DNA of 64,000 nt from a bacterium (GCA_043820855.1 JBDRDK010000062.1:82-64081); one strand, 5' to 3'; shown: positions 27,565 through 38,652, counted from the stretch's first letter. The notes: a model not told the origin generated them from the letters alone. Made by a program: numbers and translations.

Positions 27565-29526
27565 ATGGTTTCAAAATCAGAAGCAAAAAAATATACAGCA
27601 GAGTCAATTACTGTTCTTGAAGGTCTTGAGCCTGTACGCAAAAGACCGGCTATGTATATAGGCTCTACTGGAGTAGATGGGTTGCATCATTTAATATGGG
27701 AAGTATTGGATAATTCAATTGATGAAGCTATGGCGGGGTATGCCAATGAAATCACCATTCGACTTTTACCTGACAGTAAAGTTGAAGTTAAAGATAATGG
27801 TAGGGGCATCCCAGTTGACATACACAAGCAGACCAAAAGACCAGCTCTTGAAACTATTATGACTACCCTACATGCTGGTGGTAAGTTTGGTGGTGAAGGA
27901 GGATACAAGGTTTCAGGTGGATTACATGGTGTTGGAGTGTCAGTTGTGAACGCTTTATCGGAGTGGACCTCAGCAGAAATATATCGAGACGGAAAGATTT
28001 ATTATCAAGAATACAAATACGGAAAACCAACAGGTGATATGAAAATTACTGGGAATACTCAAGAAAACGGTAGTAAGATTACTTTTAAACCTGACAAGCA
28101 GATATTTAATAGTTTAAATTATAATTTACATAGAGTATTAGAACATTGTCGGGAACAGGCTTTTTTGACTAAAGGAACCAAGATTATATTGTTTGATGAT
28201 CGAGATGAAAAGACTCGGTCCGAAGAATTAGAAAGCGAGTTTTTACCACGAATCTATACATTTTATTTTGAGGGAGGTATTAAAACATATATAAATTATT
28301 TGACAAGGGATAAAGAGAAATTAGTAACTCCTATATATATAAATAAAAATATTGAAGATTATTTAGTGGAAATCGCTCTAGTTTATTCGGATGAATTTAA
28401 TGAGAGAGTATACTCATTTGCTAATAATATTCATACTACAGAAGGTGGATTTCATCTGACAGGCTTTCGGGCAGCATTAACCAGAGTGATAAATGATTAC
28501 ATGAAAAAGCAAGAATTGTTAAAAAATGGAGAAGCTGGCATTTCCGGAGAAGATATACGAGAAGGATTAGTGGGTATAATATCTGTAAAATTACCCAATC
28601 CTCAATTTGAAGGACAGACAAAAAATAAGCTTGGAAATGCTGAAATACGTCCAGTAGTAGAAAGCATTGTAGGTCAAGAGTTAGCAATTTATTTTGAAGA
28701 ACATCCCTCAGAAGCTAGAAAAATCATCGAGAAAGTTTTATTAGCAGCCCGAGCCCGAGTAGCTGCCAGAGCAGCTCGAGACACAGTGATACGTAAAGGA
28801 GTACTGGAAGGTATGACTCTTCCCGGTAAATTAGCTGATTGTGCATCCAGAAAACCCGAAGAAAGCGAAATACTAATTGTAGAGGGAGATTCTGCCGGAG
28901 GTTCTGCTAAGCAAGGCAGAGATCGATCTTTTCAGGCGGTTTTACCTCTCAGAGGTAAAATATTAAATGTAGAGAGAGCCAGACTAGATAAGATGTTGGC
29001 AAACAATGAAATAAAATCACTAATCATTGCAATGGGAGCCGGCATAGATGAAGAGTTCAATATTGATAAAATTCGTTACCACCGAATTATTATTATGACT
29101 GATGCAGACGTTGATGGTTCTCATATACGTACACTACTCCTAACTTTATTTTATAGATATTTTCCTGAAATAATTAATAAAGGATACCTATATATAGCTC
29201 AGCCACCATTATATGCAATAAGTAAAGGAAAAAATAAAGCTTATGCCTATACAGAAGAAGATAAAATTACTATTTTAGATGAATTTAAGAAAAAACATGG
29301 AAGTGTAGGTATAGGAATTCAAAGATATAAAGGTTTGGGAGAAATGAACCCAGATCAATTATGGGTAACGACCCTTGATCCAGAAAACCGAGTTCTCTTA
29401 CAAGTAAAAATTCAGGACGCTGAAGAAGCTGATCACATATTTTCAATGCTTATGGGAGATGAAGTAGAACCAAGAAAAAGATTTATTCAGACTAGGGCAA
29501 AAAGCGTTCAAAATCTTGATATATAA
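27565..29526 (+). CDS. gyrB: DNA gyrase subunit B
   Basis: LEGLEPVRKRPAMYIG, GGLHGVG, EGDSAGGSAKQGRDR and PLRGKILNVE...IMTDADVDGSHI. Confidence 0.97.
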   Translation: MVSKSEAKKYTAESITVLEGLEPVRKRPAMYIGSTGVDGLHHLIWEVLDNSIDEAMAGYANEITIRLLPDSKVEVKDNGRGIPVDIHKQTKRPALETIMTTLHAGGKFGGEGGYKVSGGLHGVGVSVVNALSEWTSAEIYRDGKIYYQEYKYGKPTGDMKITGNTQENGSKITFKPDKQIFNSLNYNLHRVLEHCREQAFLTKGTKIILFDDRDEKTRSEELESEFLPRIYTFYFEGGIKTYINYLTRDKEKLVTPIYINKNIEDYLVEIALVYSDEFNERVYSFANNIHTTEGGFHLTGFRAALTRVINDYMKKQELLKNGEAGISGEDIREGLVGIISVKLPNPQFEGQTKNKLGNAEIRPVVESIVGQELAIYFEEHPSEARKIIEKVLLAARARVAARAARDTVIRKGVLEGMTLPGKLADCASRKPEESEILIVEGDSAGGSAKQGRDRSFQAVLPLRGKILNVERARLDKMLANNEIKSLIIAMGAGIDEEFNIDKIRYHRIIIMTDADVDGSHIRTLLLTLFYRYFPEIINKGYLYIAQPPLYAISKGKNKAYAYTEEDKITILDEFKKKHGSVGIGIQRYKGLGEMNPDQLWVTTLDPENRVLLQVKIQDAEEADHIFSMLMGDEVEPRKRFIQTRAKSVQNLDI

Positions 29527-29544
29527 ATAAGGAGAGGATTAAAA

Positions 29545-29829
29545 ATGAATGAAAATCAAAAAGAACATTTTGAAAAATTAAAAAAAACTTTAACCCAAGA
29601 AGAAATAAGTTTAGTGCATAAACTAATAACTGAAAGAACTGTCTTTCAAAAATATTTGGAAAAATTCCCTTTATTATTAGGTGTATTAGGAGCATTCGGT
29701 TTAGTTGCTTTATTTTACAGTTTTGAAAAATTAATGGATAAAACGGTTTTAGTTGAATATCCTTGGTTTTTACTAGTTATGGCTTTAATAATTTTGTATA
29801 TCACCGGTGCAAGTTTGAAAAAACTATAA
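29545..29829 (+). CDS. small two-TM membrane protein between gyrB and gyrA
   Basis: AAGGAGAGG RBS. 94 aa with two hydrophobic helices. Confidence 0.6.
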   Translation: MNENQKEHFEKLKKTLTQEEISLVHKLITERTVFQKYLEKFPLLLGVLGAFGLVALFYSFEKLMDKTVLVEYPWFLLVMALIILYITGASLKKL

Positions 29830-29838
29830 GGAGAAAGA

Positions 29839-32466
29839 TTGATAGAAGATATTGGAAAAAATAAAGAATATGGTTATATAAAACCTCGGCAGATTTCCCA
29901 GGAAATGGAAGAGAGCTATTTGGATTATGCGATGAGTGTAATTGTGTCTAGGGCGCTTCCGGATGTAAGAGATGGTTTAAAACCAGTTCACCGTCGAGTT
30001 TTATATGCAATGCATGAATTGGGATTGACAGCCGCAGCAAGATTTAGGAAAAGTGCTACTGTGGTTGGTGATGTTTTGGGTAAATATCATCCACACGGAG
30101 ATTTAGCTGTATATGATTCCATGGTTAGAATGGCTCAAGATTTTTCTATGCGTTATCCGTTAGTTATGGGTCAAGGAAATTTTGGGTCAATGGATGGGGA
30201 CAGTCCAGCCGCACACAGATATACTGAAGCAAAACTAAGTAAATTATCCGAAGAGATTTTAGTAGATATTGAGAAAGATACAGTAGAATTTTCTGATAAT
30301 TACGACGGTACAAAAAAAGAGCCAAAAGTATTACCAGCTAGATTACCAAATCTACTTTTAAATGGAACGCTTGGAATTGCTGTGGGTATGGCAACTAATA
30401 TTCCACCACATAATTTAAACGAAATAGCAGATGCAATCAATACTCTTATAGAAAATCCTGAAGCTACTACAGAAGATCTGATGCAACATATTCAAGGACC
30501 TGATTTTCCCACTGGTGGATCAATCTATAATAATGAAGAAATAAAAAATGCTTACGCTTCTGGAAGAGGTAAGATAGTTATGCGGGCAAATTCGGAAATC
30601 AAAGAAAAACAAAGCGGACAATTTCAAATAATTATTAATGAAATTCCGTATCAAGTTAATAAAGCTCATTTAATAGAAAAAGTTGCTGATTTAGTAAAAA
30701 ACAAAAAAATAGCTGGGATTTCTGATATTCGAGATGAATCCGATAAAGATGGTGTAAGAATAGTTATTGAATTAAAAAAGGATGCTTATCCCAAAAAAAT
30801 ATTAAATCAGTTATATAAGAACACTCAAATGCAAGAATCTTTTCATGTAAATATGGTAGCACTAATTGATGAGGTGCAACCAAGATTACTAAGCTTGAGA
30901 GAAGTATTAAGTGAGTATATTAAACATCGTAAAATAGTTATTCGCAAGAGAACCACCTTTGATTTAAATAAAGCAAAAGCAAGAGAACATATATTAAAAG
31001 GGGTACTACTTGCATTAAAGAACATTAATCAAGTAATTGAAACTATTAAAAGATCAGCAAATCGGGAGATTGCTGATAAAGCTTTACAGAAAAAATTCAC
31101 ACTAACCTCTCGGCAGAGTAATGCGATATTAGAAATGAGACTTTCTGCATTGGCAAGCCTAGAGAGAAAGAAAATTGAAGATGATTATAAAAAGACTTGT
31201 GATTTGATAATTAAATTATCTGCTATATTAGAGGATCCCAAAAAGATATTAAAAATTATTAAAGATGATTTAGAAGATATTAAACAGAAATACGGAGATA
31301 AACGTAGAACTAAAGTATATAAACAAAGTTTAGAAGATTTTTCTCAAGAAGATTTAATTCCCAATGAACAAACCATAGTGACTCTTACAAAAGGTAATTA
31401 TGTAAAACGCATACCCATGGGAAGTTATCGAGCACAAGGTAGAGGAGGTAAGGGAGTTGTTGGTATGTCAATGAAAGAAGAGGATGTAGTAGAGCAGATT
31501 TTGCCGGCCAATACTCATGATGATTTATTGTTTTTTACCAATAAAGGTAGGGTTTTTGAAGAAAAAACTTATGAGATTCCTCCAAGTTCTCGTCAAGCAA
31601 AAGGACAAGCTATGGTAAATCTACTACAATTAATGTCAGGAGAATCAGTTACCAACATTATAAACTTAAGCAGAAAAGAGCACCTTGTATATTTGATAAT
31701 GGGTACAAGGCAAGGAATGATTAAAAAGACTGAAGTAAAAGCTTATAAAAATATTCGCAAATCAGGGTTGATAGCTATTGGACTTAAAGATGGAGATGAA
31801 TTGCAGTGGGTACGAGCAACAACCGGAGACGATGAAATAATTATAGTTACAAAACTTGGTCAATCAATTCATTTCAAAGAAGATCAAGTTAGATTTATGG
31901 GAAGAACTGCTGCTGGAGTAAGGGGAATTCGATTAAAAGCCAATGATCAAGTTGTGGGTATGGATATATATTGTAATTTAGAATCAAAGCAATCCACTAG
32001 TGTGTTGGTAGTTATGGAAAATGGTACAGGAAAACGAACAGTGATTAAAAATTATCCTCTTCAAAAAAGAGCTGGTGGTGGAGTAAAAACAGCTCGAATT
32101 ACCAGTAAAACAGGAAATATCGTATCAATGCGTATTATTACAGGAGATCAAGGTGAAATTTTCTTAATTTCTAAAAAAGGTCAAGTGATTCGAGTGCCTC
32201 TTGCATCAGCTAAAAAATTAAATCGATCAACCTCAGGAGTTCGATTGATAAAATTAAATACTGGTGACAAAGTCGCGTCAATGGGTGTTATTGTATATGA
32301 AAGTTCTCAGGAGGATTTGCAACAAGATAATCCACCAAGCAAAAAACTTAAAATTGAAGATAAGTCTAAATTAAAAAAATTGAGACCCAAGTCACAATTT
32401 AGTAGTAATAATAAATCAAAAACAAAACCCCAAGAAACAAAGACTCAAAGAAAATTAAAAAAGTAG
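29839..32466 (+). CDS. gyrA: DNA gyrase subunit A (TTG start; Lys-rich C-terminal tail)
   Basis: [31 protein letters not shown] and [10 protein letters not shown] (the active-site Tyr region), plus C-terminal beta-pinwheel repeats. AAGGAG lies 5 nt before the TTG. Confidence 0.96.
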   Translation: MIEDIGKNKEYGYIKPRQISQEMEESYLDYAMSVIVSRALPDVRDGLKPVHRRVLYAMHELGLTAAARFRKSATVVGDVLGKYHPHGDLAVYDSMVRMAQDFSMRYPLVMGQGNFGSMDGDSPAAHRYTEAKLSKLSEEILVDIEKDTVEFSDNYDGTKKEPKVLPARLPNLLLNGTLGIAVGMATNIPPHNLNEIADAINTLIENPEATTEDLMQHIQGPDFPTGGSIYNNEEIKNAYASGRGKIVMRANSEIKEKQSGQFQIIINEIPYQVNKAHLIEKVADLVKNKKIAGISDIRDESDKDGVRIVIELKKDAYPKKILNQLYKNTQMQESFHVNMVALIDEVQPRLLSLREVLSEYIKHRKIVIRKRTTFDLNKAKAREHILKGVLLALKNINQVIETIKRSANREIADKALQKKFTLTSRQSNAILEMRLSALASLERKKIEDDYKKTCDLIIKLSAILEDPKKILKIIKDDLEDIKQKYGDKRRTKVYKQSLEDFSQEDLIPNEQTIVTLTKGNYVKRIPMGSYRAQGRGGKGVVGMSMKEEDVVEQILPANTHDDLLFFTNKGRVFEEKTYEIPPSSRQAKGQAMVNLLQLMSGESVTNIINLSRKEHLVYLIMGTRQGMIKKTEVKAYKNIRKSGLIAIGLKDGDELQWVRATTGDDEIIIVTKLGQSIHFKEDQVRFMGRTAAGVRGIRLKANDQVVGMDIYCNLESKQSTSVLVVMENGTGKRTVIKNYPLQKRAGGGVKTARITSKTGNIVSMRIITGDQGEIFLISKKGQVIRVPLASAKKLNRSTSGVRLIKLNTGDKVASMGVIVYESSQEDLQQDNPPSKKLKIEDKSKLKKLRPKSQFSSNNKSKTKPQETKTQRKLKK

Positions 32467-32479
32467 ATGTTATAATTTT

Positions 32480-34465
32480 ATGAAAATACCAGAGTTAGCA
32501 AAAAAATTAGAAATTACCCCAGCAGATTTGCGTAAATATGCAAGTGATTTAGGATACAACATAGGTCATAAATCCCGCACTATTAAAGACTCTGTAGCCC
32601 TTAAACTGGACGAGAAGATTAAGGAACTTTTGGAGCAAAAGAAAGTTGAAAGATTAAAAAAAGATCAAGCCAACATTAAAAAGAAAGACCAGTCAGAGGC
32701 TGGTCCGCCTCAGGCGGAAAAAATTGAAATCCCACCAATTTTGACGGTTAAAAATTTTGCATCATTGATTCAAAAACCAGTAACTGTGGTTATTAAAGAA
32801 TTAATGAAAAACGGAATAATGGCTACAATAAATGAAAATATTGATTATGATACAGCCGCAATTATTGCAGACGAACTAGAAATAAAAGTAGTACGGTCAA
32901 AAAACAAAGAAGCTCAGACAAGTTCTGAAAATATTGACAAAACAAAACTTAGTATCAGACCTCCTGTAGTAGTGGTTATGGGTCATGTAGATCATGGGAA
33001 GACTGCCTTATTAGATAAAATTCGAGAATCAAATGTCGCAGCATCAGAGTCAGGGGGGATCACCCAACACATAGGTGCATATCAGGTTAATGCTAAAACT
33101 AAAGAAGGGAAAACTAGATTAATTACATTTATTGATACCCCCGGACATGAAGCATTTACAGCAATGAGAGCTCATGGTGCAAGTATAACTGATATTGTAA
33201 TATTAGTTGTGGCTGCTGATGACGGAGTTAAACCTCAAACGCGCGAAGCAATTGAACACGCTAATGCAGCTGGAGTGCCGATAATTGTAGCTATTAACAA
33301 AATTGATCTACCTGGATCTGATACTGAAAAAGTGAAAAAAGAATTAGCAAGTTTGGAACTAAATCCGGAAGATTGGGGCGGTACGACTCCTATGGTTCCG
33401 ATTTCTGCAAAAACCGGTAAAGGTATAGATGAGCTTTTGGAGGTGGTATTATTATCTGTTGACCTAGAAGAATTAAAAGCCGTATCAGAAGGTTTAGCAC
33501 AGGGTGTAGTAATAGAATCTTTTCTGGATCAAAAATCAGGCCCAATTGCTTCAGTATTAGTTCAGTCTGGTAAACTAACCAGTAAAGATACGATTGTGGT
33601 AAAAGATACTTGGGGTAGGATTCTTAAAATGACTAACTTCCAAGGTGACAAAATCCAGGAAGCCGGACCCTCCACACCCGTAAGAATTTTAGGGCTTAAC
33701 CACGTACCAGATTTCGGCAGTAAAATGACAGCGGTTAGTGATGAAAAAACTGCAAAAATGACAATTTTGAATATTAAGAGAGTAAACGCAGCAAAAACTA
33801 TTGGTTCTGGTGGACTGGCAGAAGTATCAAAAAATATTAAATCAGGTACCCTGAAAGATCTAAATATTATTATCAAAGCCGATGTTGCAGGTAGTATTGC
33901 TGCTCTGAAAAACTCTTTAGAGGCAATGGGCAATAAAGAAGTCGGCGTAAAGATAATATCTGCATCTGTGGGTAATATATCAGAATCAGATGTAATGTTG
34001 GCGGAAGCCTCAAATGCAATTATTTTAGGTTTTAAAGTTCAAGCATCCCCAACTGCTCGAAAACTTTCTCAAACAAATAATATAGATATACATAATTATT
34101 CAATTATTTATGATTTATTAGATGAAGTAAAAGCTGCTTTGTCAGGGATGCTTGAATCAGAGAAAGTTGAAGTGGAGATAGCTCGAGGCAAAATACTGAA
34201 AATATTTTCTTGGACAAAAAATAATAAAATTATTGGAGTAAAGGTATTAAGTGGTGAGATTCAAAAAGGTTTAAAGTTTTATGAAAAACAGGGCGATAAA
34301 AAAATCGGATCGGGTAAAATACTAAGTTTGAAAATCGGAAAAGAAGTTGTTGATAATGCCAGCGAGGGTAAGGAGTGTGGTTTAGGTATTGAGTTTAACC
34401 AAAAATTACAGATAGATTCTAAGTTGATTTTTTATAAAATCGAAGAACGATTGCGAAAGTTATAA
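32480..34465 (+). CDS. infB: translation initiation factor IF-2
   Basis: RPPVVVVMGHVDHGKTALLD, DTPGHEAF and NKID G-domain motifs, plus the C-terminal domains. Confidence 0.96.
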   Translation: MKIPELAKKLEITPADLRKYASDLGYNIGHKSRTIKDSVALKLDEKIKELLEQKKVERLKKDQANIKKKDQSEAGPPQAEKIEIPPILTVKNFASLIQKPVTVVIKELMKNGIMATINENIDYDTAAIIADELEIKVVRSKNKEAQTSSENIDKTKLSIRPPVVVVMGHVDHGKTALLDKIRESNVAASESGGITQHIGAYQVNAKTKEGKTRLITFIDTPGHEAFTAMRAHGASITDIVILVVAADDGVKPQTREAIEHANAAGVPIIVAINKIDLPGSDTEKVKKELASLELNPEDWGGTTPMVPISAKTGKGIDELLEVVLLSVDLEELKAVSEGLAQGVVIESFLDQKSGPIASVLVQSGKLTSKDTIVVKDTWGRILKMTNFQGDKIQEAGPSTPVRILGLNHVPDFGSKMTAVSDEKTAKMTILNIKRVNAAKTIGSGGLAEVSKNIKSGTLKDLNIIIKADVAGSIAALKNSLEAMGNKEVGVKIISASVGNISESDVMLAEASNAIILGFKVQASPTARKLSQTNNIDIHNYSIIYDLLDEVKAALSGMLESEKVEVEIARGKILKIFSWTKNNKIIGVKVLSGEIQKGLKFYEKQGDKKIGSGKILSLKIGKEVVDNASEGKECGLGIEFNQKLQIDSKLIFYKIEERLRKL

Positions 34466-34569
34466 TATTTGCAATCAAAAGAACGATGCACTAAATTGAT
34501 TAAATCAGGTTTTATAGCTATTATAAAGTAGTAGAATAGGTGTTCATTGTTAATGAGGGTTGGTTAATA

Positions 34570-34947
34570 ATGTTAGACAATATCATAGAATTATTAAAAG
34601 TTGGATTTATTAGTGTTCTTGGCAAAATTGGAGATTTCTATACTACTATAGCCGGTTCTTTTAACGTTTGGGCAGTATTAGATATTTTTATAACTACAAT
34701 AATATTTTGGTGGGTTTTTAGTTTGCTTAGAAGCGAAAAAACTAAAAAAGTAATTTTGTTAATGTTAATTTTAACAATGCTGTATTTGTGTAGTGATATA
34801 TTTGATTTAACTTTATTAAATTTAATAGTTAAGTATCTAGCGATAATGTTTGTAGTAAGTTTGCCGATAATATTTAACCGAGAACTTCAATCCTATTTTC
34901 TCGACAAAAAAATTAAGCACAATGATCATAATTCAAAATACAACTAG
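34570..34947 (+). CDS. CdaA-like transmembrane module that lacks the diadenylate cyclase (DAC) domain
   Basis: It aligns to the N-terminal ~100 aa of CdaA: VLDIFITTIIFWWVFSLLRSEKTKKVILL...IIFNRELQSYF against B. subtilis AVDILLVWYVIYKLIMVIRGTKAVQLL...IIFQPELRRALE. The frame then stops at 34945-34947, immediately followed by the cdaR ATG. Confidence 0.7.
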   Translation: MLDNIIELLKVGFISVLGKIGDFYTTIAGSFNVWAVLDIFITTIIFWWVFSLLRSEKTKKVILLMLILTMLYLCSDIFDLTLLNLIVKYLAIMFVVSLPIIFNRELQSYFLDKKIKHNDHNSKYN

Positions 34948-36159
34948 ATGAAAATATTTAAAGATATTGATATCAAAATTATTTTATTTCTTGTAACGAT
35001 TTTGTTATGGTTGTTTGTGGCGTCTGGTCAAAATCGAATAGATTTCCTCCCCGGTAAATTAGTTGTAGAAGCCCAAGGATTGAAAGATGGATTAGTGGGG
35101 GTATTTAGTGATGATTTAATAAAAATTAAAATTTCAGCACCAAAAGGGTTATGGGAAGATTTAAATAATGAAAATTTTGCAGTATTTGTAGATGTACGGA
35201 ATAAAAAAATCGGTACATATGAAATGGAAGTATTAGCTAGTTGTTCTATACCAGGTGTGCAAATTTTAGAAGTTACACCTGCTCAAGTTTTGGTTAAGGT
35301 TGAACCAGCAGTTCAGGCTAGACTGCCTATTACCATTCAAACCAAGGGGTCGCTGGCCAAGGATTACACTATAGGCGAATTAACAACAGATCCTTCTGAG
35401 GTATTAGTTGAGGGGGCTGGGAGTGTAGTTGACTCTCTGGTAACTGCCACAACAATATTAAATTTATCTGGAGAACAAAATAATATCAATCGCAACATTG
35501 AAATTGTAGCATTGGACGAAGAAAGTAAACAAATTCGTCATTTAAAGTTTGAGCCTGAGAAAGTTAAAGTAAAAGCTATGGTAGTAAAAGGTGGAGTGGC
35601 AAAAATAGTAGGAATAAATCCAAAAATAATCGGTTCCCCTACCTCAGGATTCTGGGTATCAAATATCGAATTTGAACCATCAACTTTGAAAGTTACTGGA
35701 AGTTCTGAAAGACTGGAGAATCTAGAATATTTAGTAGCAGATTTAGATGTTACTGGAGCTGATGAAAATTTTGATAAAAAAATAATTCCTAAAATTCCAA
35801 CAGGAGTGACTTTATTAAAAGGTGAACCCGAGACAGTTCTTGCAAAAGTAAGCGTGTCCAGAGAAAGCTCAATAAGAACTATTAACGCCGGCGTTCTCTA
35901 TAATGGTTTAGAGGGACGTGGTTTGAGTGTATCTTCAACCACTCCCGACCCATTGGATATTAAAGTAATAGTATCAGGACCCATAAGTGTTCTTTCGGCT
36001 CTCACGTCCCAAAATGTAGTGGTAAACATCGATTTGTTTGATAAAGGTATAGGGGATCATAAAATTGAAATAAAAAAATCAATGATAAGCATACCTAGCT
36101 CTGTATCAATTGCTAGTTATCTGCCCAGTCATATTAGTATTACTATTTCGGAAATATAA
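34948..36159 (+). CDS. cdaR: YbbR-domain protein (CdaR-like)
   Basis: N-terminal TM helix followed by four repeated ~85-aa YbbR-type modules (V.V.G....L......V.VDL-type repeats). It occupies the position directly after cdaA. Confidence 0.8.
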   Translation: MKIFKDIDIKIILFLVTILLWLFVASGQNRIDFLPGKLVVEAQGLKDGLVGVFSDDLIKIKISAPKGLWEDLNNENFAVFVDVRNKKIGTYEMEVLASCSIPGVQILEVTPAQVLVKVEPAVQARLPITIQTKGSLAKDYTIGELTTDPSEVLVEGAGSVVDSLVTATTILNLSGEQNNINRNIEIVALDEESKQIRHLKFEPEKVKVKAMVVKGGVAKIVGINPKIIGSPTSGFWVSNIEFEPSTLKVTGSSERLENLEYLVADLDVTGADENFDKKIIPKIPTGVTLLKGEPETVLAKVSVSRESSIRTINAGVLYNGLEGRGLSVSSTTPDPLDIKVIVSGPISVLSALTSQNVVVNIDLFDKGIGDHKIEIKKSMISIPSSVSIASYLPSHISITISEI

Positions 36160-37196
36160 TGATAGATAAAAATTCTGTAAAAGTAACAACCCAAAAAAAA
36201 TTGAACAGTAGACAGAAAGTAGATAAGCTTTCCGGAGACCACAATGTAAAAACATTAGCCTTAAAGCTTTGGAATGATTATGATAAAGAATCGAGATTGC
36301 ATGCAGTTTATCATCTAAGCAAAACAAATCATTTTCAAATAATGCCGATACTTGAAAAAGCTTTAAGTATCGAAAAAGACCAAGAAGTACTATCAGAGAT
36401 TATCAATGCGATGAATTACTTAGTTGGAAAAGAATCCAAACAGAGTTTAACAGATTTTTTCATTAATTCTCGCGATCCATTTTTATCTAAAAAAATCGCT
36501 TTAATATTAAGTAGAAATGTGGATGATAATGTTATTAAAGCTATAAAAACCAGAATTAGAAACGAAGTCGATCCAGAGTTAAAAATTATATCTTTAAGAA
36601 TTCTTAGTAATTGTTCTGACGAAGAGACATTGTCCATGATTGAAGATCGCTTGTTTGCTGATCCACATTTACAAGTTAGAACTATGGCAGCAATAAGTCT
36701 GGGTAGGTTTGCTCACCCGAAAGCTTCAGATATTTTATTAAAAGCCTTGCAGGAGATAATACCAAGCGAATTAAGAAGAGAGATTATTTGGGCATTAAGT
36801 AAAAGAGAAGATTTGCAAACCAACAGTCTAGTCACACATTTTCACAATGAACCGGATTTAGAAAATCAGAAAATGATTTTATGGTTAATTAAACAAAAGG
36901 GTAAGTTGCAGAATTTATTTGATCTAGTTCAAAGCTTAGATTACCCCCTATGCGATGATTTACAAAAAGATTTAGTGCTTTCTTTTGGAAAGTTTAAAGA
37001 TAAACTTTCTGCTGATCAATTGATCAAGATATTTCAAAAAGCTCATTCAAACAAAATAAGACATCAATCATTATGGAGCCTATCTCAAGTTATATCTAAA
37101 AAGCACCTGCCTATTTTAATCAAATTAAAAGAGCAAGAAAAGGATCCGTACATTCGTCAAGAATTAGTACAGGTTTTACAGATGTTTAGTGGGTGA
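36159..37196 (+). CDS. HEAT/PBS-lyase-like repeat protein
   Basis: A repeated ~30-aa helical unit with D/E..VR..A...L spacing (for example DPHLQVRTMAAISLGRF, SELRREIIWALSK, NKIRHQSLWSLSQ). The start overlaps the cdaR stop (TAATG). Confidence 0.6.
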   Translation: MIDKNSVKVTTQKKLNSRQKVDKLSGDHNVKTLALKLWNDYDKESRLHAVYHLSKTNHFQIMPILEKALSIEKDQEVLSEIINAMNYLVGKESKQSLTDFFINSRDPFLSKKIALILSRNVDDNVIKAIKTRIRNEVDPELKIISLRILSNCSDEETLSMIEDRLFADPHLQVRTMAAISLGRFAHPKASDILLKALQEIIPSELRREIIWALSKREDLQTNSLVTHFHNEPDLENQKMILWLIKQKGKLQNLFDLVQSLDYPLCDDLQKDLVLSFGKFKDKLSADQLIKIFQKAHSNKIRHQSLWSLSQVISKKHLPILIKLKEQEKDPYIRQELVQVLQMFSG

Positions 37197-37229
37197 GCAG
37201 TATTTTAAAATCTTATTTGCGCATATCGC

Positions 37230-37257
37230 TTGACAAACTTTTTACTTTGTGTAAACT
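37230..37257 (+). promoter_or_regulatory. candidate sigma-70-like promoter for the LysM-M23 gene
   Basis: TTGACA, 16 nt, TAAACT. Confidence 0.4.
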
Positions 37258-37309
37258 GGGCTTTGTATCAAAAATACTCATAATATTGGGTATTGGAGGT
37301 TGAATAATA

Positions 37310-38626
37310 TTGAAAGATGACCCTTTGCCTAACCATTCAGGTTTGGGCATAGTTAATACAATAAAGAGAATTGTCAAGAGTACTTTCGGGGTTATATTTA
37401 AGTTTGCAATTAAATCAATAAGCAAACTTTTTTTATATCTTGATACTTTAAAAATTCAAATTTTAGATTTTCCAGAGGAACTAAGAAATAGTATCAAAAG
37501 TATTAATACTAGGTCATTACAATCTGATACTAATCAAATATGTAATCAAATGTTTAGTTTAAAGTACTTTAAACACTTAGGAATATTTTTAGTTTTTATT
37601 TTAATGTTAATAAATAACGCATTTGCCGGGGATACTAACCAGCTTGGAGATATTGAGTTTAGTTTTGAAAGCCAAGCTAGTGCAAAGTTTTTAACTAACT
37701 CTGATTTAGTGAATATCGTAAAGACACTTGGTAAATATACATTAATCGATGAGAAACCAGAAGATTTGCCAGAAAATTTAAGTAAAAATAGAAAGATCAT
37801 AATTGATCAAAAAGGATTTATAGTAAAGCCAGTTTTGGCGATGAATACTGTTGAAGTGCAACAAGAATCAACCACTATAGTAGTTGAGCGAAGAGAAAAT
37901 ATTAAATATTCTGTACAAACCGGAGATTCACTTGGAGGTATTGCTGATAATTATAATTTAAAAATCAGCACATTAAAACATGCAAATAATCTTTCAGATA
38001 TAGATGTGATATTACCTGGACAAACCCTACTTATACCTTTTGCTGATGGTATGATACATACTGTAAAAGCTGGAGAAACACTTTTGGGTGTAGTTAAAAG
38101 ATATCGTGGAGATTTTCAAAAAACTTTAAGTCAAAATAATTTAAATCAAGACGGTACAATATATATAGGACAGAAAATAGTAGTGGTTGGTGGTGAATAT
38201 ATTCCACCCAAACCTCAACCTCGGCCAAGTCAATCTAGTAATCGGTATGCTGATAATGATTATTCTGGACCGCGAGGTAATTTTCGTTTTCCCACCTCGG
38301 GAGGTACTTATTATAACGGTTATCACTGGTGGGCGATAGATATACCCAGATCAACTGGAACCCCGATTTACGCATCAGATGGTGGAAGAGTAGTTACCGC
38401 AGGATGGAACAGCGGGGGTTATGGTAGATATATTGTTATAAATCACGGTAACGGTTATTCAACCCTATACGCTCACTTAAGTAGTATTGGTGTCGGTGTT
38501 GGGCAATATGTAAATCAAGGTCAATATATAGGAGGGATAGGTAGTACTGGTAGATCTTCTGGTTCTCATCTGCATTTTGAAATCATTTTAAATGGCAGAA
38601 AACTAAACCCCATTCGATTTTTCTAA
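37310..38626 (+). CDS. LysM-domain M23 family metallopeptidase (membrane-anchored)
   Basis: A TTG start 10 nt after GGAGG. TM helix LGIFLVFILMLINNAFA and two LysM repeats (YSVQTGDSLGGIADNY..., HTVKAGETLLGVVKRY...). M23 motifs (HWWAIDI, GYGRYIVINHGNGYSTLYAHL, GSHLHFEI). The ATG at 37550 is an alternative start. Confidence 0.85.
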   Translation: MKDDPLPNHSGLGIVNTIKRIVKSTFGVIFKFAIKSISKLFLYLDTLKIQILDFPEELRNSIKSINTRSLQSDTNQICNQMFSLKYFKHLGIFLVFILMLINNAFAGDTNQLGDIEFSFESQASAKFLTNSDLVNIVKTLGKYTLIDEKPEDLPENLSKNRKIIIDQKGFIVKPVLAMNTVEVQQESTTIVVERRENIKYSVQTGDSLGGIADNYNLKISTLKHANNLSDIDVILPGQTLLIPFADGMIHTVKAGETLLGVVKRYRGDFQKTLSQNNLNQDGTIYIGQKIVVVGGEYIPPKPQPRPSQSSNRYADNDYSGPRGNFRFPTSGGTYYNGYHWWAIDIPRSTGTPIYASDGGRVVTAGWNSGGYGRYIVINHGNGYSTLYAHLSSIGVGVGQYVNQGQYIGGIGSTGRSSGSHLHFEIILNGRKLNPIRFF

Positions 38627-38652
38627 ACTTATCCCGACCGAGGCGTCGGGGC

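Noticed and set aside
33562-33933. A minus-strand 123-aa ORF inside infB. Similar cases are 23236-23568 (110 aa) inside the WbaP-like gene and other 60-85-aa antisense ORFs inside uvrA, gyrB, rpoB, rpoC, secA and ftsE.
   Set aside because: All are fully embedded antisense to strongly supported conserved genes. None has an RBS or a recognisable motif, so I treat them as shadow ORFs.
34540-34569. GTG start for the cdaA remnant, and likewise the GTG at 54627 for greA and the TTG at 55533 for lysK.
   Set aside because: Downstream ATG codons (34570, 54639, 55539) fit the RBS spacing and the family N-termini better. The differences amount to only 2-10 codons.
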